Shown here piece by piece: positions 60,324 to 64,000 of a stretch of 64,000 nucleotides of DNA (position 1 is its first letter; each line of letters opens with the position of its first letter). The stretch lies in the NCBI GenBank assembly GCA_963827685.1, contig CAWHBU010000003.1, positions 512,001 to 576,000 on the forward strand. Reading direction: 5' to 3'. The notes under the pieces were generated by a model. The model searched no databases. It saw nothing but the letters and a program-made list of their open reading frames with translations, and was not told the DNA's origin. The stretch comes from an uncultured delta proteobacterium (GTDB lineage Bacteria; Desulfobacterota; BSN033; UBA1163). Position numbers and translations under genes: made by a program.

Positions 60324-61700
60324 ATGCAGATCAATCCACAGATTTTCAGGGAGTATGATATTCGAGGAGTGGTCGATAAGGATTTGACCCCTGATGTGGT
60401 CAGAAAATTGGGTCAAGGGTTTGGAACCCACATGACTCAATTGGGTCGGAGAGAATTGGTCGTGGGCAGGGATGGAAGGCTCAGTTCAAAGGGTTTTGAG
60501 AAGGCTGTGATCGAGGGTCTGATTTCGACAGGATGCCACGTCATCAATATCGGCCTCTGTCCAACGCCTGTCTATTATTTCTCCATCTTCCATCTTAATA
60601 AAGATGGGGGAATGGTGGTCACTGGGAGCCATAATCCCCCGGAGTTCAATGGATTTAAGGTATCTGTGGGCAAAAGCACCATCTTTGGAGAAGAGATCCA
60701 GAATCTGAAGCGGTTGATCGAAAAAGGGAAATTTGTCGCGGGTAAGGGAAAACTTTCTAAAGAAGAAATCATACAACCTTACCAGGACTATATCAAAAAG
60801 GATATTCACATCGAAAAGAAGATGAAGGTGGTGATCGATGCAGGAAATGGGACGGCAGGGGTTGTGGCCGGACCGCTCCTCAGAGATTTGGGTTGTGAGC
60901 TGGAAGAGCTTTATTGTGAGGTGGATGGCCGGTTTCCAAATCATTTCCCAGACCCAACCATCCCTGAGAATTTAAAAGTTCTAATAGATCGCGTGAAGAA
61001 GACTCGGGCGGATGTGGGGATTGGATATGATGGAGATGCGGATCGTATCGGAGTGGTCGATGATCAGGGAAACATCATCTGGGGCGATCAATTAATGATC
61101 CTATTCTCCAGGGAGATATTAAAGGATAAAAAAGGGGCCGTTTTTGTGGCAGAGGTGAAATGTTCTCAGAATTTGTTTAACGATATCGAGAAACACGGTG
61201 GAAAGGCCATCATGTACAGAACGGGGCACTCCCTGATCGAGGAGAAGATTAGAGAGGAGAAGGCGGCCCTCGGCGGAGAGATGAGTGGACACATCTTTTT
61301 CGCTGACCGCTATTTTGGTTATGATGATGCCATTTATGCTTCATGCCGTCTCGTTGAGCTCCTTTCAAAGACAGACAAGAAATTATCCCAACTCCTCAGC
61401 GATGTGCCCAAGACATTTATCACCCCTGAAATTCGAGTCGATTGTGCAGATGAGATTAAATTTAAAGTTGTTGAAACGGTAAAGGAAGCCTTGAGAAGAG
61501 ACTACCCTGTCATCGATGTGGATGGGGTCAGAGTAAAATTTAAGGATGGATGGGGATTGGTGAGGGCTTCAAATACTCAACCAGCGCTCGTCCTACGGTT
61601 TGAGGCCCTGACTCAGGATCGACTCGGTGAGATTAAAAATCTCATCGAGAAAAAAGTCCAGGAGGCCGTTTCTGCTTTGAAAGGGCATCCATTCGCGTAG
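60324..61700 (+). CDS. phosphomannomutase/phosphoglucomutase (AlgC-like)
   Basis: FREYDIRG, TGSHNP, DGDADR, GEMSGH, RASNT. Confidence 0.95.
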   Translation: MQINPQIFREYDIRGVVDKDLTPDVVRKLGQGFGTHMTQLGRRELVVGRDGRLSSKGFEKAVIEGLISTGCHVINIGLCPTPVYYFSIFHLNKDGGMVVTGSHNPPEFNGFKVSVGKSTIFGEEIQNLKRLIEKGKFVAGKGKLSKEEIIQPYQDYIKKDIHIEKKMKVVIDAGNGTAGVVAGPLLRDLGCELEELYCEVDGRFPNHFPDPTIPENLKVLIDRVKKTRADVGIGYDGDADRIGVVDDQGNIIWGDQLMILFSREILKDKKGAVFVAEVKCSQNLFNDIEKHGGKAIMYRTGHSLIEEKIREEKAALGGEMSGHIFFADRYFGYDDAIYASCRLVELLSKTDKKLSQLLSDVPKTFITPEIRVDCADEIKFKVVETVKEALRRDYPVIDVDGVRVKFKDGWGLVRASNTQPALVLRFEALTQDRLGEIKNLIEKKVQEAVSALKGHPFA

Positions 61701-61754
61701 CGCCTGCCGCTGAGGCGTCCGGGACCTGTTCCGTGCAGGCGACCTATGTCCATC

Positions 61755-62936
61755 CTATTCCATTTCGCAGGCCTCGGCAACCATCTCAGAAATATCTTTC
61801 ACCGAGAGCTGGCCTTCAAGTTCCTCTACCTTGACCGCGTCCTGAAGCATGGTCAGGCACTGGGGGCAGGCTACAGCCAAAACGTCAGCTCCTGTCTCTC
61901 TAGCCTCTCTGACTCTGCGTCTCGCTGGCGTGCTCTTGCTTCCGCCGAGCAAATCAATATAAAAGTTGCCTCCGCCCCCACCACAGCAGAGAGCGCTCTC
62001 TCTATTCTTCTCCATCTCCATAAGTTTGACTCCGGGAATAGTCCGCAGAATAGCTCTCGGCGTCTCATACCCGTTATTCCAGCGTCCAAGAAAACATGGA
62101 TCGTGGAACGTGATTTTTACGTTAAGGGAGCGGGAAACATTAAGCTTCCTCTGGCTGATAAGATTCTGGAGAAGTTGGGTATAGTGGCCCACATCAAAAT
62201 TGCCGTTATACTTGGGGTAATCATTCTTCATCGCGTTATAGGCGTGCGGCGAGAGAGTAACAATTTTGTGGACACCCAGTTCTTTAAAATGGGCAATGTT
62301 ACCTCCGGCCAGCATCTCAAACAGAGTTTTTTCGCCGAGGCCATTCACCTCATTACCGTCGCAGTTTTCCTCATTACCCAGCACGCCAAAGGAGACACCG
62401 GCCTTCTGCAGCACTTTCCCCAGCGCCCGCGATGCTTCCTGGGCTCTCGTATCATAAGAACCAACACAGCCGACATAGTATAGGAACTCTTGTCCCTGGT
62501 AGGGTTCTATCCCCGTCCCTTTCATCCACTCTCCCCTTTTCATTCTGGAAGTGCCGTAGGGATTCCCCTGCTTTTGAATGTTCTCTAAGAAACGTTTGGC
62601 GGCAACAGGTATCTTCCCTTTTTCTACCATCTCGCTTTTGGCTGCCACAATCATGTTGAGGATGTCCCCACTGAAACGAAGCGGGCATTTTACCTCGCAG
62701 TTCTTACACGCTGTGCAGGAATAGAGAATGTCAGAAAGATGCTCGCTCCAGTCAATCTCGCCATTCAGCCATGCCCTGGTCAGCCACAGTCTTCCTCCAC
62801 AGGAATAGGTCTCCAGGCGATAGCGACCATAAGCCGGGCAGTTATTGACATCCTCCCAGTTCACGGGAAATTTGCAGTAACCACATCTGAAACATCTGTG
62901 GATCATATCACCGTATTCGAAATCGGCGAGTGCCAT
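61755..62936 (-). CDS. (Fe-S)-binding protein, GlpC/GlcF/HdrD-like (ferredoxin + CCG domains)
   Basis: CFRCGYC, CTACKNC...CP, HDPC, CCGGGGG, ACPQC. Confidence 0.9.
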   Translation of the reverse strand: MALADFEYGDMIHRCFRCGYCKFPVNWEDVNNCPAYGRYRLETYSCGGRLWLTRAWLNGEIDWSEHLSDILYSCTACKNCEVKCPLRFSGDILNMIVAAKSEMVEKGKIPVAAKRFLENIQKQGNPYGTSRMKRGEWMKGTGIEPYQGQEFLYYVGCVGSYDTRAQEASRALGKVLQKAGVSFGVLGNEENCDGNEVNGLGEKTLFEMLAGGNIAHFKELGVHKIVTLSPHAYNAMKNDYPKYNGNFDVGHYTQLLQNLISQRKLNVSRSLNVKITFHDPCFLGRWNNGYETPRAILRTIPGVKLMEMEKNRESALCCGGGGGNFYIDLLGGSKSTPARRRVREARETGADVLAVACPQCLTMLQDAVKVEELEGQLSVKDISEMVAEACEME

Positions 62937-64000
62937 TAGCTCACCTCCCAGTTTCCGGGGTTCATAATCCCATTGGGGTCAAGCAATTGTCTGATCTTTC
63001 CCATCAGCTCAAGGGTGTTCGGGTCGAGCCTTTCCTTTAGAAGCTTCTGCCCGTAAAGTCCAGGTTTCCAGATCGTCCCGCCTAATTCCAGGACGAGACC
63101 ATCCGTTTCGTGTAAGGCTTCCCTGGCGTGCCGTATGGTCTCCGCGTCAGCCCGGTTGAAGGCATAGGTCCACGAAAACATCATGGCATGGGCAGCCCCG
63201 ATACACCGTCCGAGAACAGTATAGGGGATCCCGTGGCTTTCTGAGATTTTGCGTCCTCTCCGGTAGCACTCAGGGTATTTTCCCACCGGCATGATGCTGC
63301 CAACGTATTCAAAGCCGCCCCCCTTTCTCCAGTCGGAGGTTGTGGAAATCTGCGGTCTCTGGAGACCCTGGACAAAGCCCAGAAATCCCCCGTCCCCTCT
63401 TCGAATATATTCTCCGAGGGTATCATCCCAGATGAGCTCCTGTTTGAACTCAAGCTCCTTTTCTGAATCGGCAGCAATATTGATAGTAAAATTTTGTAGC
63501 CCGCTGATTAAGGGTGGTATGGCCTGGCTGAAAGCGACGATATCTTCAGCCATTTGGAGATGGGTAAGCTTGTGCATGATTTCTGGCACAAGTTCTTCGT
63601 CTTCCACGATGAATTGACCCACCCCTCTTATTTTTTTACACGGAAAGAGCCTTAAGGAGACCTTGGTAATAATACCGGTTGTGCCCAGCCATCCTAGAAA
63701 GAGCCCTACGTCAGGCAGTGGATGTTGGGTAAACCAGCTGGCGCCTATTGAGCAAGAGCCAAAGCGGCAAACCTCTCCGGTCGGCAGAACGACCTCAAGA
63801 CCATTTAACATATCGGAGTTAAATCCATAAGGCTGGGCCAGGTCGCCTTGACCGTGGATGGCTAGATTCCCAACGATTGTTGCCGTTGGCGGCGCTCCGG
63901 GCTCCGAGTGAGTCAAACGTGGATACCACCTTTCCAGATAAGATGTGAGCTGCCCCTGGGAGACACCACACTCCACGACGGCATATCTCGCCTGTTCGTC
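62936..64000 (-). CDS. FAD-binding oxidoreductase, GlcD/D-lactate dehydrogenase-like (5' end beyond window)
   Basis: ECGV, ATIVGN, GLEVVLPTG, GTTGIIT, C-terminal LDPNGIMNPG. Confidence 0.88.
   Translation of the reverse strand, partial: DEQARYAVVECGVSQGQLTSYLERWYPRLTHSEPGAPPTATIVGNLAIHGQGDLAQPYGFNSDMLNGLEVVLPTGEVCRFGSCSIGASWFTQHPLPDVGLFLGWLGTTGIITKVSLRLFPCKKIRGVGQFIVEDEELVPEIMHKLTHLQMAEDIVAFSQAIPPLISGLQNFTINIAADSEKELEFKQELIWDDTLGEYIRRGDGGFLGFVQGLQRPQISTTSDWRKGGGFEYVGSIMPVGKYPECYRRGRKISESHGIPYTVLGRCIGAAHAMMFSWTYAFNRADAETIRHAREALHETDGLVLELGGTIWKPGLYGQKLLKERLDPNTLELMGKIRQLLDPNGIMNPGNWEVS

Noticed and set aside
61746-62483. 245-aa plus-strand ORF
   Set aside because: Antisense shadow of the Fe-S protein gene.

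Overview
This is a ~45-50% GC bacterial chromosome segment. Gene content, sigma54 promoters and REP-like repeats suggest an anaerobic Desulfobacterota/deltaproteobacterial-type organism (inference). The left ~20 kb is an accessory region: a Rad50/SMC-like ABC ATPase with a small partner gene, a divergent GIY-YIG nuclease, and a run of minus-strand gene blocks (SnoaL, CPBP, M14 peptidase + 2-TM protein, two protealysin-emfourin copies around an IS630). These blocks are separated by six same-orientation copies of a ~40-130 bp repeat. Next come an uncharacterised envelope gene cluster and two paralogous 13-15 aa micro-ORFs, each with an RBS and a hairpin, downstream of a canonical sigma54 promoter. 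The centre holds the aroD-aroE-aroA-aroK-aroC cluster, interrupted by a nuclease/IS256/m6A MTase/REase island. The right half is mostly housekeeping and signalling genes (PilZ x3, HD-GYP regulator, acyl-CoA synthetase subunits, msrAB, glnS, hisS, PMM/PGM), three tRNAs (Glu-CTC and two divergent Gln-CTG) and many REP/MITE-like repeats. I found no CRISPR array or rRNA. All family calls come from motif recognition by eye, with no database searches.
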